DNA of 64,000 bases from a virus. Positions 8,186 through 17,089 of this stretch are shown in pieces (the first letter of the stretch is position 1; every line of letters begins with the position of its first letter). The notes under the pieces are model-generated. The model searched no databases. It had not been told where the DNA came from and was given only the letters and a program-made list of their open reading frames with translations. The stretch lies in IMG/VR virus record IMGVR_UViG_3300025834_000005. One strand, written 5' to 3'. The position numbers and the translations under genes were made by a program.

Positions 8186-8252
8186 TCACTTTAAATTAAA
8201 ACCAGTATCACACAATTATATAGCTACTTCATCACAGATGCTGTGAAAGTGT

Positions 8253-8282
8253 TGTAACCTTTTAAATTGATTTACGTATAAC
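8253..8282 (+). promoter_or_regulatory. ECF-sigma-type promoter (TGTAAC-N16-CGTATAAC repeat)
   Basis: Exact N16; next ATG 8306. Confidence 0.7.
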
Positions 8283-8305
8283 ATAGAAACAAACAATCTT
8301 ATATC

Positions 8306-8548
8306 ATGGCAAAGCAAAAAACAAACAGAATTATCCTTACAAAGTTGATCAAAGAATTAGACGACATGGATTTAGTTATGTTAAGAGAACGAATCATAAC
8401 AGTCACGAAAGCAGTGATTGACAACGAAGAACAGGTTCGTAAAGACCTGAAAAATAGCTCCATTCATCCTGATATGTATATCAACTCTATGAAGAAAATT
8501 CATGGCTTGGTTGAAATAGGTGTTGAGGTTAATGAAAAGTTCTCTTAA
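8306..8548 (+). CDS. hypothetical protein (80 aa)
   Basis: ORF track; promoter 8253. Confidence 0.7.
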   Translation: MAKQKTNRIILTKLIKELDDMDLVMLRERIITVTKAVIDNEEQVRKDLKNSSIHPDMYINSMKKIHGLVEIGVEVNEKFS

Positions 8549-8553
8549 TAATT

Positions 8554-8583
8554 TGTAACCTTTTGAATTGATTTACGTATAAC
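8554..8583 (+). promoter_or_regulatory. ECF-sigma-type promoter (TGTAAC-N16-CGTATAAC repeat)
   Basis: Exact N16; next ATG 8612. Confidence 0.7.
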
Positions 8584-8611
8584 ATAGAAACAAACACTAA
8601 AAACATTTAAG

Positions 8612-8827
8612 ATGGCAGTTACAAAAGTTCAAAGCAGATTCTTCGAAAATGAAATGGCTCACAATCCTTCGCTGTATGTTAACAGGAAATGTAATTCAGT
8701 TAACCTGACAACATTGGCAGAAAGTTTTATCGACGAACATTCACCGTCGAATCAGGAACAGGTTTATGAGGGTGCTGTTGATTGGTACAAAAATTGGAGA
8801 GGTAAAGTAGGTTACAACAACAATTAA
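8612..8827 (+). CDS. hypothetical protein (71 aa)
   Basis: ORF track; promoter 8554; terminator follows. Confidence 0.7.
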   Translation: MAVTKVQSRFFENEMAHNPSLYVNRKCNSVNLTTLAESFIDEHSPSNQEQVYEGAVDWYKNWRGKVGYNNN

Positions 8828-8877
8828 AATATTTTTTTCATTCCTTTTAGTTTTAAGTTTTATTAATTATTTGTTAG

Positions 8878-8915
8878 GCATCGGAAGGTATCATGAACCC
8901 TTTCGATGCTTTTTT
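8878..8915 (+). terminator. intrinsic terminator hairpin
   Basis: GCATCGGAAGG / CCTTTCGATGC stem plus T6. Confidence 0.7.
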
Positions 8916-8992
8916 GCAATGTACTGGTTTTAATTAAAAATGCAATGTACAGAAGAAACTAATCTTAATTAAAAACACATTGTGCGATTCTT

Positions 8993-9022
8993 TGTAACCT
9001 TTTTATTTAATTTACGTATAAC
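8993..9022 (+). promoter_or_regulatory. ECF-sigma-type promoter (TGTAAC-N16-CGTATAAC repeat)
   Basis: Exact N16; next ATG 9038. Confidence 0.7.
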
Positions 9023-9037
9023 ATAGAAACAAATACC

Positions 9038-9499
9038 ATGAGATCAATAGAATATCTTGTTCAATTATTTCCTGATAAAACATGTAGAGAGATTCTGGCT
9101 ATTCAAACAGCAGATAAGCTCGAAGACGACATGAAGTATGAAAAGGTTAACAAAAAGAAGTTGAAGTTCATCGAAGATCATAATACCAATGGTGGATATT
9201 ATTGTGGTCGGTTCGGCAGTGACCAACGTTATTTCTATCGAGTTTTCAATATGAGAATGGAAGGCTCTGATATCTATATGGACGTTGAAACTTTGGTAGT
9301 CTTTATGAATCAGGAAGGCGTTAAACATCAGGTAACAAAAACTGGCGATGTTAGCGTGGAAAGGCGTACCAAAGTATGGCAGAAGGAAGACACTTACTGT
9401 TTGGAAAACAGGGAACGAGTAACAAAAAAAGAATGGGATGCTATTAATGATTATGTTAATAATCTGGCAAAGTTCTGGGATCATATCAAAAAAGTGTAA
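9038..9499 (+). CDS. hypothetical protein (153 aa)
   Basis: ORF track; promoter 8993. Confidence 0.75.
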   Translation: MRSIEYLVQLFPDKTCREILAIQTADKLEDDMKYEKVNKKKLKFIEDHNTNGGYYCGRFGSDQRYFYRVFNMRMEGSDIYMDVETLVVFMNQEGVKHQVTKTGDVSVERRTKVWQKEDTYCLENRERVTKKEWDAINDYVNNLAKFWDHIKKV

Positions 9500-9524
9500 C
9501 CTTTTTGATTCATTTACGTATAAC
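9495..9524 (+). promoter_or_regulatory. ECF-sigma-type promoter (TGTAAC-N16-CGTATAAC repeat)
   Basis: Exact N16; next ATG 9540. Confidence 0.7.
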
Positions 9525-9539
9525 ATAGAAACAAAAGCC

Positions 9540-9749
9540 ATGAGAGAAATAACATTCGAAGTAACATTGAGGTTCAGTTCAAAGGTAACAGCTGACGAGG
9601 AAATTCTTGAAGTTCAGCAAAACATATTGGATGCGATTGTTAGACAAGCTGAAAGTGCAATTCTCGCACCATTGGATAGTGATGCATTCACAACAAATAT
9701 TAAAGTGTTTGAACCGTTAACACAGGTTGCAGTGTCACACACTTTTTAA
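9540..9749 (+). CDS. hypothetical protein (69 aa)
   Basis: ORF track trimmed to MREITFEV after promoter 9495. Confidence 0.65.
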   Translation: MREITFEVTLRFSSKVTADEEILEVQQNILDAIVRQAESAILAPLDSDAFTTNIKVFEPLTQVAVSHTF

Positions 9750-9800
9750 TTAAAAATATAGTCTTGAGTTTGTTTTAGTTTTAAGTTTGTTTATGTATTT

Positions 9801-9829
9801 GCCCCGAAAAGTTGTAACCTTTTTGGGGC
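9801..9829 (+). terminator. hairpin with -35 TTGTAAC as loop
   Basis: GCCCCGAAAAG / CTTTTTGGGGC. Confidence 0.6.
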
Positions 9830-9842
9830 ATTTGCGTATAAC
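9813..9842 (+). promoter_or_regulatory. ECF-sigma-type promoter (TGTAAC-N16-CGTATAAC repeat)
   Basis: Exact N16; -35 in hairpin loop; next ATG 9866. Confidence 0.7.
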
Positions 9843-9865
9843 ATAGAAACAAACACTTTAAAGAT

Positions 9866-10264
9866 ATGAGAAAAGTTTCAAGGGAATTAGCGATCAGTAT
9901 GATTTTACAAGTTATCGTGGTTAATCTTCAAAGGAATAGCGGCACAGGCAAAGGAATTGAAGCTTTATGTAATCGTTTAGAAAAAGGATTCACAGGCTAT
10001 CAGAGTTATTCAGACTCTGAATTAGAATCTGAATACGATTATTTGACTAATAAAATTGATCCATTTAAAATTGAAAAACCATCATTTCAATTAGAACGTG
10101 ACATTACACAGGTTAATCGTTACATGTTCACAGTCCATGCTGACACTATCGACCAAGCGTCTGATATATTAGACCAATGCCTTGAAGCTGGCGAAATGCC
10201 TTGCTTGTATCAACACACTGATGATGGTGTTATATCATGCTATGACCGAATCGCTGACTGTTAA
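9866..10264 (+). CDS. hypothetical protein (132 aa)
   Basis: ORF track; promoter 9813. Confidence 0.7.
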   Translation: MRKVSRELAISMILQVIVVNLQRNSGTGKGIEALCNRLEKGFTGYQSYSDSELESEYDYLTNKIDPFKIEKPSFQLERDITQVNRYMFTVHADTIDQASDILDQCLEAGEMPCLYQHTDDGVISCYDRIADC

Positions 10265-10284
10265 GATTTTAAATTAAAAACGAT

Positions 10285-10554
10285 ATGATGTACCCTAATA
10301 AGATTTTTACCTCAGAGGTTGTTATTGATAAAAACATATTCGGTGGAAAATCACATTTTGTGATTACCGTTGCTGCTCAAAATGCCATAGTCGCAAAACA
10401 ATATGTTAAGGAAAAGATTGGTATTGATGTTGAACCTCAATGGATTATGAATGCAGCCTATCCAACAATATACAATCAAACAGGTAGCACACCGTTAGCT
10501 GTTCAAGCTAAAATAATAGGCAATAATACCTTTCATACTGATTTTAATGTGTAA
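10285..10554 (+). CDS. hypothetical protein (89 aa)
   Basis: ORF track; palindrome junction. Confidence 0.65.
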   Translation: MMYPNKIFTSEVVIDKNIFGGKSHFVITVAAQNAIVAKQYVKEKIGIDVEPQWIMNAAYPTIYNQTGSTPLAVQAKIIGNNTFHTDFNV

Positions 10555-10579
10555 CCTTTTAATCTGATTTACGTATAAC
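10550..10579 (+). promoter_or_regulatory. ECF-sigma-type promoter (TGTAAC-N16-CGTATAAC repeat)
   Basis: Exact N16; next ATG 10602. Confidence 0.7.
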
Positions 10580-10601
10580 ATAGAAACAAACAACAAACGC
10601 T

Positions 10602-11165
10602 ATGGGATGGACACAGTTTAGATTAAAAGAACCAGTTAAGAATTGGTTTAAGAATCGGTGGGAATCAACAGATGGTTACAAAGTATTGGATTCAGCATTG
10701 GTTCAGCGTACAACTTTGTATGCAGCTATACAGAAAATTGAAACAGGCGAAGTGTTTTGTGCCGTTTACTTAATCAGGTGGTCTAATGAGTATTTCAATT
10801 TCTGTTACAAAGATATGACTGAGTTTGCTGGGCCTTGTGAAGCAAAATGTCCTCAACGTATTTTCGATCTGTTAACTCCATTAAGTGACGACGAAGATAA
10901 TAACTATGCACGTGAATGGCGTAAAAGAGTTGAGTCGCTTTTAATTAAAAGGAAAGAACTCTCAGGTTGCGTTAAGATCATTAAACTTGAAAACCCTATC
11001 GGGTTTGGAAGAGGCTATCGTTTTCAATACTTCAAAAAGGTTGGAAGAGTGTTCTATGCAGGCACAATGGAAGAAACAGGCGTCTTTGACTCAACAACAA
11101 GAGTATCAGGTTTTAATCCAACAGATTATAAATATGAATTGATTGACTGTATTGAATCAGTTTAA
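10602..11165 (+). CDS. hypothetical protein (187 aa)
   Basis: ORF track; promoter 10550. Confidence 0.75.
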   Translation: MGWTQFRLKEPVKNWFKNRWESTDGYKVLDSALVQRTTLYAAIQKIETGEVFCAVYLIRWSNEYFNFCYKDMTEFAGPCEAKCPQRIFDLLTPLSDDEDNNYAREWRKRVESLLIKRKELSGCVKIIKLENPIGFGRGYRFQYFKKVGRVFYAGTMEETGVFDSTTRVSGFNPTDYKYELIDCIESV

Positions 11166-11168
11166 ATA

Positions 11169-11198
11169 AAAAAGGTTACATTAGTTTGTAACCTTTTT
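11169..11198 (+). terminator. terminator whose 3' arm is the -35 element
   Basis: AAAAAGGTTACA / TGTAACCTTTTT perfect 12 bp. Confidence 0.7.
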
Positions 11199-11216
11199 GA
11201 TTCATTTACGTATAAC
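11187..11216 (+). promoter_or_regulatory. ECF-sigma-type promoter (TGTAAC-N16-CGTATAAC repeat)
   Basis: Exact N16; -35 is 3' arm of terminator; next ATG 11238. Confidence 0.7.
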
Positions 11217-11237
11217 ATAGAAACAAAAACATTTACT

Positions 11238-12197
11238 ATGAAAATTCCACAAAGTAATCTACCAACTGTTCAGGGTTTTTATTTCGTAAGAACGTCAGAG
11301 TCAGCCATGTGGCAACTTCTTCTTGAGGTTATCGGTATTGCTCCGTTCATGGGCGTTGCAACTATTCACGCTTTATTTAAAGAAAGTGATACAACGATTC
11401 TTGAGAATCTTACAGATTTATATTGGAGCGAAGTGATTGAATTGAAAGCCATTCAGGACGACGTTCACGTAGGATTTAAGATCACAAAAGACACGAAAGA
11501 CACTATCATTTTTCATTTGGGCAACGATGAAACAAAGGTAAATGACATTGTTGCAGAAGCCGAAGACTTTTTCAAAGCAAAGATTATAGAACACTTAGAC
11601 AATGTACCTGATGATGATGTTGAGGTTGCACTCGAAAACGGATTCATTGATAATGAAGACCTTGGCATTGCCATTTGCCTTTCATGGTCACAGGTTTTAA
11701 TTAACAACCCATTGTACAGAGTTAGGTGTGGTGAAACAATTTGTACGGTTGGCGAACTACGTTCAGCAATGGCTGACTGTGATGATAATGATTCAATGAT
11801 CTTAGCACCGTGCGATGAAGAGGGCGACGAAACAGATCACTATCCTTTTTATGTTGATATTTATGACGGCTTAAAGGACGACAAAGGCAATGAGTTTAAA
11901 GAGGTTCGTTTGTGTCAGCAGAATCATGAGGCTTGGGATGCAAAAAAATCTTACGATGCTATCTTAACACCCGTTGTTGATTTTCCACCGTTCCAAAAAT
12001 GTAAACAAGTTGTTGTACGACCCGACATTTTAAAACGTGAAGAAGGCGTTCCAGTTGGCGATAAATATTATTATGCTTCAGAGCCGTTACTTTCACGTTG
12101 GCTACATGAGGATGAACCCAATGAAACATTTCAAGTTTACTTTGCGGACAAATGGCGTGACGCTGAATCAATTGATTGGAATGACTATGTAAAATAA
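11238..12197 (+). CDS. hypothetical protein (319 aa), acidic
   Basis: ORF track; promoter 11187. Confidence 0.8.
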   Translation: MKIPQSNLPTVQGFYFVRTSESAMWQLLLEVIGIAPFMGVATIHALFKESDTTILENLTDLYWSEVIELKAIQDDVHVGFKITKDTKDTIIFHLGNDETKVNDIVAEAEDFFKAKIIEHLDNVPDDDVEVALENGFIDNEDLGIAICLSWSQVLINNPLYRVRCGETICTVGELRSAMADCDDNDSMILAPCDEEGDETDHYPFYVDIYDGLKDDKGNEFKEVRLCQQNHEAWDAKKSYDAILTPVVDFPPFQKCKQVVVRPDILKREEGVPVGDKYYYASEPLLSRWLHEDEPNETFQVYFADKWRDAESIDWNDYVK

Positions 12198-12215
12198 CCC
12201 AATACGATTTTAATT

Positions 12216-12249
12216 AAAAAGGTTGCAATTAATTTTGTAACCTTTTTTT
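12216..12249 (+). terminator. terminator whose 3' arm is the -35 element
   Basis: AAAAAGGTTGCA / TGTAACCTTTTT (1 G-U) plus T-run. Confidence 0.65.
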
Positions 12250-12265
12250 ATGGTTTACGTATAAC
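12236..12265 (+). promoter_or_regulatory. ECF-sigma-type promoter (TGTAAC-N16-CGTATAAC repeat)
   Basis: Exact N16; -35 is 3' arm of terminator; next ATG 12281. Confidence 0.7.
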
Positions 12266-12280
12266 ATAGAAACAAACGCT

Positions 12281-12544
12281 ATGACACAGAAAGACTTTAA
12301 AGAGACTTGCAATATCGCTGAATACGGCAAAGGAATTAATAAGCGTAATGCTATTTACTTTGACAGAAACACTCAAGGTTATAAGTACATGGTTAAATGT
12401 GGTGTGGATGTTATGAAACGTGCAGAGTTGCTTAAATTGGCTTATACATGGTTTACAGAGGGCGTTGTTCACATTCCTTATAATGTGAAATACAGGTTTG
12501 CCGAATCAGATAATGATCGTTTCAAAGTTTCATTAATGGGTTAA
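12281..12544 (+). CDS. hypothetical protein (87 aa)
   Basis: ORF track; promoter 12236. Confidence 0.7.
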   Translation: MTQKDFKETCNIAEYGKGINKRNAIYFDRNTQGYKYMVKCGVDVMKRAELLKLAYTWFTEGVVHIPYNVKYRFAESDNDRFKVSLMG

Positions 12545-12562
12545 TCTTTTTAATTAAAAATC

Positions 12563-12874
12563 ATGAGAAAGCTAATTGAGAAAATGTATGGCGGTTTGAT
12601 AAAAACTAAAAGTGATATTATCACCATTAAAGATTATTCGAATGAGAATAAAATGCTTGAGTATGGCTTCAGTCCTTTCTCTCACTATAATAAGCCAAAA
12701 ACATTATTCTATTATTGGTGGGATATGCTTGAAATTCAATCACAGGTTGAAGATTTTGATTTAGATGTGTTTGAAGTTGAGCTATTAGCATTCTTCAATG
12801 TTCATTATGGTAAGAGAGGCAAACGTGTTGAGGCTTATTATATTGGTACAAAGGAACGAGTTTCTGATTATTAA
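12563..12874 (+). CDS. hypothetical protein (103 aa)
   Basis: ORF track; palindrome junction. Confidence 0.7.
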   Translation: MRKLIEKMYGGLIKTKSDIITIKDYSNENKMLEYGFSPFSHYNKPKTLFYYWWDMLEIQSQVEDFDLDVFEVELLAFFNVHYGKRGKRVEAYYIGTKERVSDY

Positions 12875-12875
12875 T

Positions 12876-12905
12876 TGTAACCTTTATTTTCCATTTACGT
12901 ATAAC
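12876..12905 (+). promoter_or_regulatory. ECF-sigma-type promoter (TGTAAC-N16-CGTATAAC repeat)
   Basis: Exact N16; next ATG 12921. Confidence 0.7.
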
Positions 12906-12920
12906 ATAGAAACAAACACT

Positions 12921-13235
12921 ATGAAAGTAACAGGATTTATTCACACGGAAACAAAACTTGATCTTCAACCTTTCGGAAATTTTAAATTTTCATGGGCAAA
13001 GAAAAAAGCAGTTTCGCCTAATGTTATTATGATAAGGGAGCTTGTTATGGGTGATCGTTGGAACGTGGGCGACGAAAGTTACAATGCTTTAATAAAGGAA
13101 ATGAAGAAAACAAAAACCGATGTATTTGTTAATGTTGTGCACTCAAAAAATTATTATTACACAACAGTCGGGAAACCTTACATCATTTCAATTGATCATA
13201 TAAATCTTCGAAACCATGAATCAACCATACGTTAG
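12921..13235 (+). CDS. hypothetical protein (104 aa)
   Basis: ORF track trimmed to MKVTGFIH after promoter 12876. Confidence 0.7.
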   Translation: MKVTGFIHTETKLDLQPFGNFKFSWAKKKAVSPNVIMIRELVMGDRWNVGDESYNALIKEMKKTKTDVFVNVVHSKNYYYTTVGKPYIISIDHINLRNHESTIR

Positions 13236-13443
13236 TTATAATACCCATCAATTTAAAAGCGATGGAAAATGTATTCAGACCTATAAAAAGGTTGTAAAGG
13301 AAATGGCGGTTTTAATTAAAAAGAGTTGGGACAATGAGGTTCATGTATTTCGCCAAAGACGTGGATGTTGGGGGGAATGGTTTGAGATATGGGGATTAGA
13401 CGCAAACGGCAAACCTAAAATAAATAAACAGGGTTGGCAATGA
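13216..13443 (+). CDS. hypothetical protein (75 aa)
   Basis: ORF track; 20-nt overlap with upstream gene. Confidence 0.6.
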   Translation: MNQPYVSYNTHQFKSDGKCIQTYKKVVKEMAVLIKKSWDNEVHVFRQRRGCWGEWFEIWGLDANGKPKINKQGWQ

Positions 13444-13446
13444 TCT

Positions 13447-13476
13447 TGTAACCTTTTGGATTCATTTACGTATAAC
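13447..13476 (+). promoter_or_regulatory. ECF-sigma-type promoter (TGTAAC-N16-CGTATAAC repeat)
   Basis: Exact N16; next ATG 13498. Confidence 0.7.
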
Positions 13477-13497
13477 TTAGAAACAAATACTTATCCA

Positions 13498-13734
13498 ATG
13501 TTCTACGAAATCAACGTTGCCAAAGACACAAAAAGCAATTACAGAAATGAGGTTAATTACAGGCATTTCTTCGCTACAGCACCCAGAAGCATCACAACTG
13601 ATGATGAATTAAAAACAGCACTCGAAATCTTTATGGTTGCATTTCCTGAACCAATGTATAACATAACGGTTACAAGAGACGACCAAAGGAGTGAGGGTGT
13701 TAACATTGAGGACTTTTTAAATAAGAAGCGATGA
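13498..13734 (+). CDS. hypothetical protein (78 aa)
   Basis: ORF track trimmed to MFYEINVA after promoter 13447. Confidence 0.65.
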   Translation: MFYEINVAKDTKSNYRNEVNYRHFFATAPRSITTDDELKTALEIFMVAFPEPMYNITVTRDDQRSEGVNIEDFLNKKR

Positions 13735-13892
13735 AAAAGGAAAAGAAACATAGGTATTATGATATGAAGTATTGGGTTGGCTTCAATCTTATCGAAACAG
13801 AAAATTGGTATAAGAGTCTGAATGATGCACATAAGTACTGCAACCGACTTGATTATAAAATTTTAAGCATAAAATATATCGGTTGGAAATAA
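13731..13892 (+). CDS. small protein (53 aa)
   Basis: Own translation MKKEKKHRYYDMKYWVGFNLIETENWYKSL...; ATGA overlap with upstream stop. Confidence 0.45.
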   Translation: MKKEKKHRYYDMKYWVGFNLIETENWYKSLNDAHKYCNRLDYKILSIKYIGWK

Positions 13893-13905
13893 AAATAACA
13901 ATCTT

Positions 13906-13935
13906 TGTAACCTTTTTAAAGTATTTACGTATAAC
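13906..13935 (+). promoter_or_regulatory. ECF-sigma-type promoter (TGTAAC-N16-CGTATAAC repeat)
   Basis: Exact N16; no credible ORF for about 500 nt downstream. Confidence 0.7.
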
Positions 13936-13939
13936 ATAG

Positions 13940-14455
13940 AAACAAAGCATAAACAATTAAAACTTTCATCATGAAAAAGAATTAATAAAAATATTCAGAT
14001 AGGGCTTATCAATCTCAGGTAGGTAAAGCGGAATAAGGCTGAACATCTATATAAGAAAAGCGAAAGCAAACATCCGCACAGGTTTGCAATTAGCAGTGGA
14101 CGCATTAAAAGGAAGCGTACATGAAAAACATTGGAGGAAATATATAACAAGTACTTCAAATTCCTTTTCTTTAATCGTGACGTTTTTGAAAAGAGTGAGT
14201 AGTTTCGGATGCGGTTAGAGTAATAAGTTAAACGAAAGCGATGATCTTGAGGGAGCAAATAAAAAACTCCAAGTGATTAGTTCATAGCATGTTAACGTAA
14301 TTTGTTTTGGGTTTATTCAGGTACGTTGACGCTCACTTAAGATCATTTACAATATTATATTACCTGTATGGGTAATAAACCCGATAAATAACCTGTATGG
14401 GTTTATTTACCGATTAAAAATAAATCATTTGAATTTCAAGTTTGTTTGTTTGTTT
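13940..14455 (+). ncRNA. promoter-driven non-coding transcript of about 0.5 kb, class unknown
   Basis: Canonical promoter 13906 followed only by a 4-codon ORF; terminator at 14456; internal 9-bp hairpin 14374-14407 and direct repeat ACCTGTATGGGT x2. Confidence 0.4.
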
Positions 14456-14487
14456 AAAAGGTTACATTAATTTGTAACCTTTTTTTT
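14456..14487 (+). terminator. terminator whose 3' arm is the -35 element
   Basis: AAAAGGTTACA / TGTAACCTTTT plus T8. Confidence 0.7.
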
Positions 14488-14502
14488 GTGTTTACGTATA
14501 AC
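14473..14502 (+). promoter_or_regulatory. ECF-sigma-type promoter (TGTAAC-N16-CGTATAAC repeat)
   Basis: Exact N16; next ATG 14518. Confidence 0.7.
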
Positions 14503-14517
14503 AAAGAAACAAACGAT

Positions 14518-14937
14518 ATGAATACTAAACAGTGTTTAAATTGCGGTCACAACAATATCAATGGCGTTGTTAAAATTGATGACTTAGGTTCGCATATGAT
14601 CTGCAAGAAATGTTGTTCATCCTTTGATACGATTGTTGAGGCGAATGACTCTTATACAATAGGTTATTCTTATTTAAAAAACAAATACGGCTACAAAGGT
14701 ATTGTCTATACATCGGCATTCAGAGAGAAACTTCATAAGACTTATTCAGTTAAAGCTCGTAGGGAATTGGAAGCAAATGCAACCGAAAAGGATTATCACA
14801 CTTTTTTAAAACCCATTGACAAAGATAACTTTGATGACAGATGCATCGAATTATTATTAGGTCAGTATTATTATGGCTATACGATTAGATTCGAATTGTT
14901 TGATAAGCTATGCAGTATGGGTATCATTAGTTTGTAA
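14518..14937 (+). CDS. zinc-ribbon-like protein (139 aa)
   Basis: ORF track trimmed to MNTKQCLNCGH...CKKCC after promoter 14473. Confidence 0.65.
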   Translation: MNTKQCLNCGHNNINGVVKIDDLGSHMICKKCCSSFDTIVEANDSYTIGYSYLKNKYGYKGIVYTSAFREKLHKTYSVKARRELEANATEKDYHTFLKPIDKDNFDDRCIELLLGQYYYGYTIRFELFDKLCSMGIISL

Positions 14938-14962
14938 CCTTTTCAATTCATTTACGTATAAC
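14933..14962 (+). promoter_or_regulatory. ECF-sigma-type promoter (TGTAAC-N16-CGTATAAC repeat)
   Basis: Exact N16; next ATG 14977. Confidence 0.7.
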
Positions 14963-14976
14963 ATAGAAACAAGGAA

Positions 14977-15219
14977 ATGAATTTATATACATTAAAACAG
15001 AATGTTGAGGACTGGTTACGAAGAAAAGGAATTGAAAACTGTTCCGTTATAGGCTTAGGCAAAGGTTGTAGAGGCGTTGAGATATGGATGCGTAAAGGTA
15101 ATGCAGAAAGCTTCATAGCAGAACATGGCAATACTCTTGAAACGGCACTGTATAAAGGATATTTTACGTCTTCTCATAATGGATATGCTGTTTATGTATC
15201 AATGGTACTGAATAAATAA
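14977..15219 (+). CDS. hypothetical protein (80 aa)
   Basis: ORF track; promoter 14933. Confidence 0.7.
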   Translation: MNLYTLKQNVEDWLRRKGIENCSVIGLGKGCRGVEIWMRKGNAESFIAEHGNTLETALYKGYFTSSHNGYAVYVSMVLNK

Positions 15220-15236
15220 CTCTTAATTAAAAACAG

Positions 15237-15617
15237 ATGAAAGACAAATGCGAAGAAAGTGGAACATTTAAATATAACTGTACAGTATATGAGTTTAAAA
15301 GTGGCTCAATAGGTTCATACTTTACTGAACGATACTACGGTGGCTCGAATGAAATATTCGTTTCAGTCGTTGTTCCCGAAGAGATATACGTTTTAATTAA
15401 AAACATGAATGCTGACATGTTGGATTGGAGTAGCAATGATAATGTTATCGCATTTCATAAATGGTTGAATACCATTAGCTTAAGCCAGGTTTATGATGAT
15501 ATGCTTATCGAGGGTAAGCTACTTGAATACTTAGGCGACATGGAATGGAAATTTAAAACAACAGAAGAACTCATTGAACACGTGACAAAAAAGATCATAG
15601 AGTTTAAAGCTTTGTAA
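15237..15617 (+). CDS. hypothetical protein (126 aa)
   Basis: ORF track; palindrome junction. Confidence 0.7.
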   Translation: MKDKCEESGTFKYNCTVYEFKSGSIGSYFTERYYGGSNEIFVSVVVPEEIYVLIKNMNADMLDWSSNDNVIAFHKWLNTISLSQVYDDMLIEGKLLEYLGDMEWKFKTTEELIEHVTKKIIEFKAL

Positions 15618-15642
15618 CCTTTTATTTTCATTTACGTATAAC
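15613..15642 (+). promoter_or_regulatory. ECF-sigma-type promoter (TGTAAC-N16-CGTATAAC repeat)
   Basis: Exact N16; next ATG 15658. Confidence 0.7.
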
Positions 15643-15657
15643 ATAGAAACAAAGGAA

Positions 15658-15927
15658 ATGAAAACGAAACGATTCACAATAGTAGCATTCCATAATTCAG
15701 ATATGGATAATCAACAGCACTTCTTTTCAACATCACATACCCAACAGCTTGAAGTTGATAAGTATAAATGGATTCCTGTTACATATGCGCTACCAATGCT
15801 TGTAACGCCACGTATGGAATTGATTGATGGAATTGTAAGGAACAAAGCAGAGTGGACAGTTATCTTTGCAAAGGATTCAATTGAAGTTCCAAACCCTGAT
15901 GAAAATTTTAAAGTAACTGATTTTTAA
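15658..15927 (+). CDS. hypothetical protein (89 aa)
   Basis: ORF track; promoter 15613. Confidence 0.7.
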   Translation: MKTKRFTIVAFHNSDMDNQQHFFSTSHTQQLEVDKYKWIPVTYALPMLVTPRMELIDGIVRNKAEWTVIFAKDSIEVPNPDENFKVTDF

Positions 15928-15938
15928 TTAAAAACGCT

Positions 15939-16184
15939 ATGGAGAATAATATTATCGCATTGGTTGACAACTTCATTAAAACCTATGGAGTCAAAGTAAA
16001 AAACAAAGAAACAGATGCTTATGTTGAACTCATGATGGATGATCATGATTGTATTGAAAAAAGCAAGTACTATAAAAATGGCTCGGTTAAGGTAGAACAG
16101 TTCTACATACCTCAGAACAATTCCTTTTACACTGATAACGACGACCTGTTAAGATTGATGATCGTTGCTCATTTCGGATTGTAA
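15939..16184 (+). CDS. hypothetical protein (81 aa)
   Basis: ORF track; palindrome junction. Confidence 0.65.
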   Translation: MENNIIALVDNFIKTYGVKVKNKETDAYVELMMDDHDCIEKSKYYKNGSVKVEQFYIPQNNSFYTDNDDLLRLMIVAHFGL

Positions 16185-16209
16185 CCTTTTACTTTCATTT
16201 ACGTATAAC
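16180..16209 (+). promoter_or_regulatory. ECF-sigma-type promoter (TGTAAC-N16-CGTATAAC repeat)
   Basis: Exact N16; next ATG 16229. Confidence 0.7.
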
Positions 16210-16228
16210 ATAGAAACAAACAAACATC

Positions 16229-17089
16229 ATGGGCAGACCAAAGAGAGTATTTCCGAAGAATTTACCACAGTTCAATTTACTGCATACCCGAAAGGTGAAA
16301 ATGTATTGCGGTACTGAATTAACAGCTTTACATATCGTAAAAGAAACTGAACAGTATTATATCAGTATCGACACTTGGTCAGGCTGTTGTGTTCCTTTCA
16401 AGTTAAAGAAAAAGAACGGCGACCTAAGCTATAACATTCCTGTTCTAAAGGATGAAAAAGCCATTAAGTTTTTAAATGAGAATGCTTGGCATGATTGGGT
16501 TGCAAAAGAATTAGCAACAACGCAAGTTAATATCTTTAGTAAGGACAAAGAACTTGTGCCTCACATACCTGATTCTGACACAGTTGAAACCCTTGCGTTT
16601 CTTGACAGGTTGTTCCCCGATAAGAAAAAAGTTTTCTTTTACGAATTAACTTCAATAATATCATCCTTTTGTCATGGTGCATTCATAAGCTATGATAAGG
16701 AACATAATATTGAAGAACCAACAAAGCATGATATTGAACAGCGTGGGTATTATACCTCAAAATATATTGGCAGATTCAATGGCGGTGCTGTTACTTATCC
16801 TGATAATGTAAATGCTTTATATGCTATCTATGATAAAATTGAACGTAGCAAAGAGAATGAAAAAATTAAGCAAGCTGCTTATCATAATTATGCAATTGCA
16901 CAGAATGAGTTTTTGTTAGCTAATCATAATCTGACTGATACGTTCATTGCGTTAGGTGAAAATGCTGTTGTTTGTCCTTATGCTTATACTCACTGTTGCG
17001 TTAAGGGTTCTGCATATGAGAATGCAGGCGAGATTTATTTCATTGTCACTGATGATACAGTTTATTTTCAAGACGAAAGACATTTTTAA
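16229..17089 (+). CDS. hypothetical protein (286 aa)
   Basis: ORF track; promoter 16180. Confidence 0.8.
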   Translation: MGRPKRVFPKNLPQFNLLHTRKVKMYCGTELTALHIVKETEQYYISIDTWSGCCVPFKLKKKNGDLSYNIPVLKDEKAIKFLNENAWHDWVAKELATTQVNIFSKDKELVPHIPDSDTVETLAFLDRLFPDKKKVFFYELTSIISSFCHGAFISYDKEHNIEEPTKHDIEQRGYYTSKYIGRFNGGAVTYPDNVNALYAIYDKIERSKENEKIKQAAYHNYAIAQNEFLLANHNLTDTFIALGENAVVCPYAYTHCCVKGSAYENAGEIYFIVTDDTVYFQDERHF

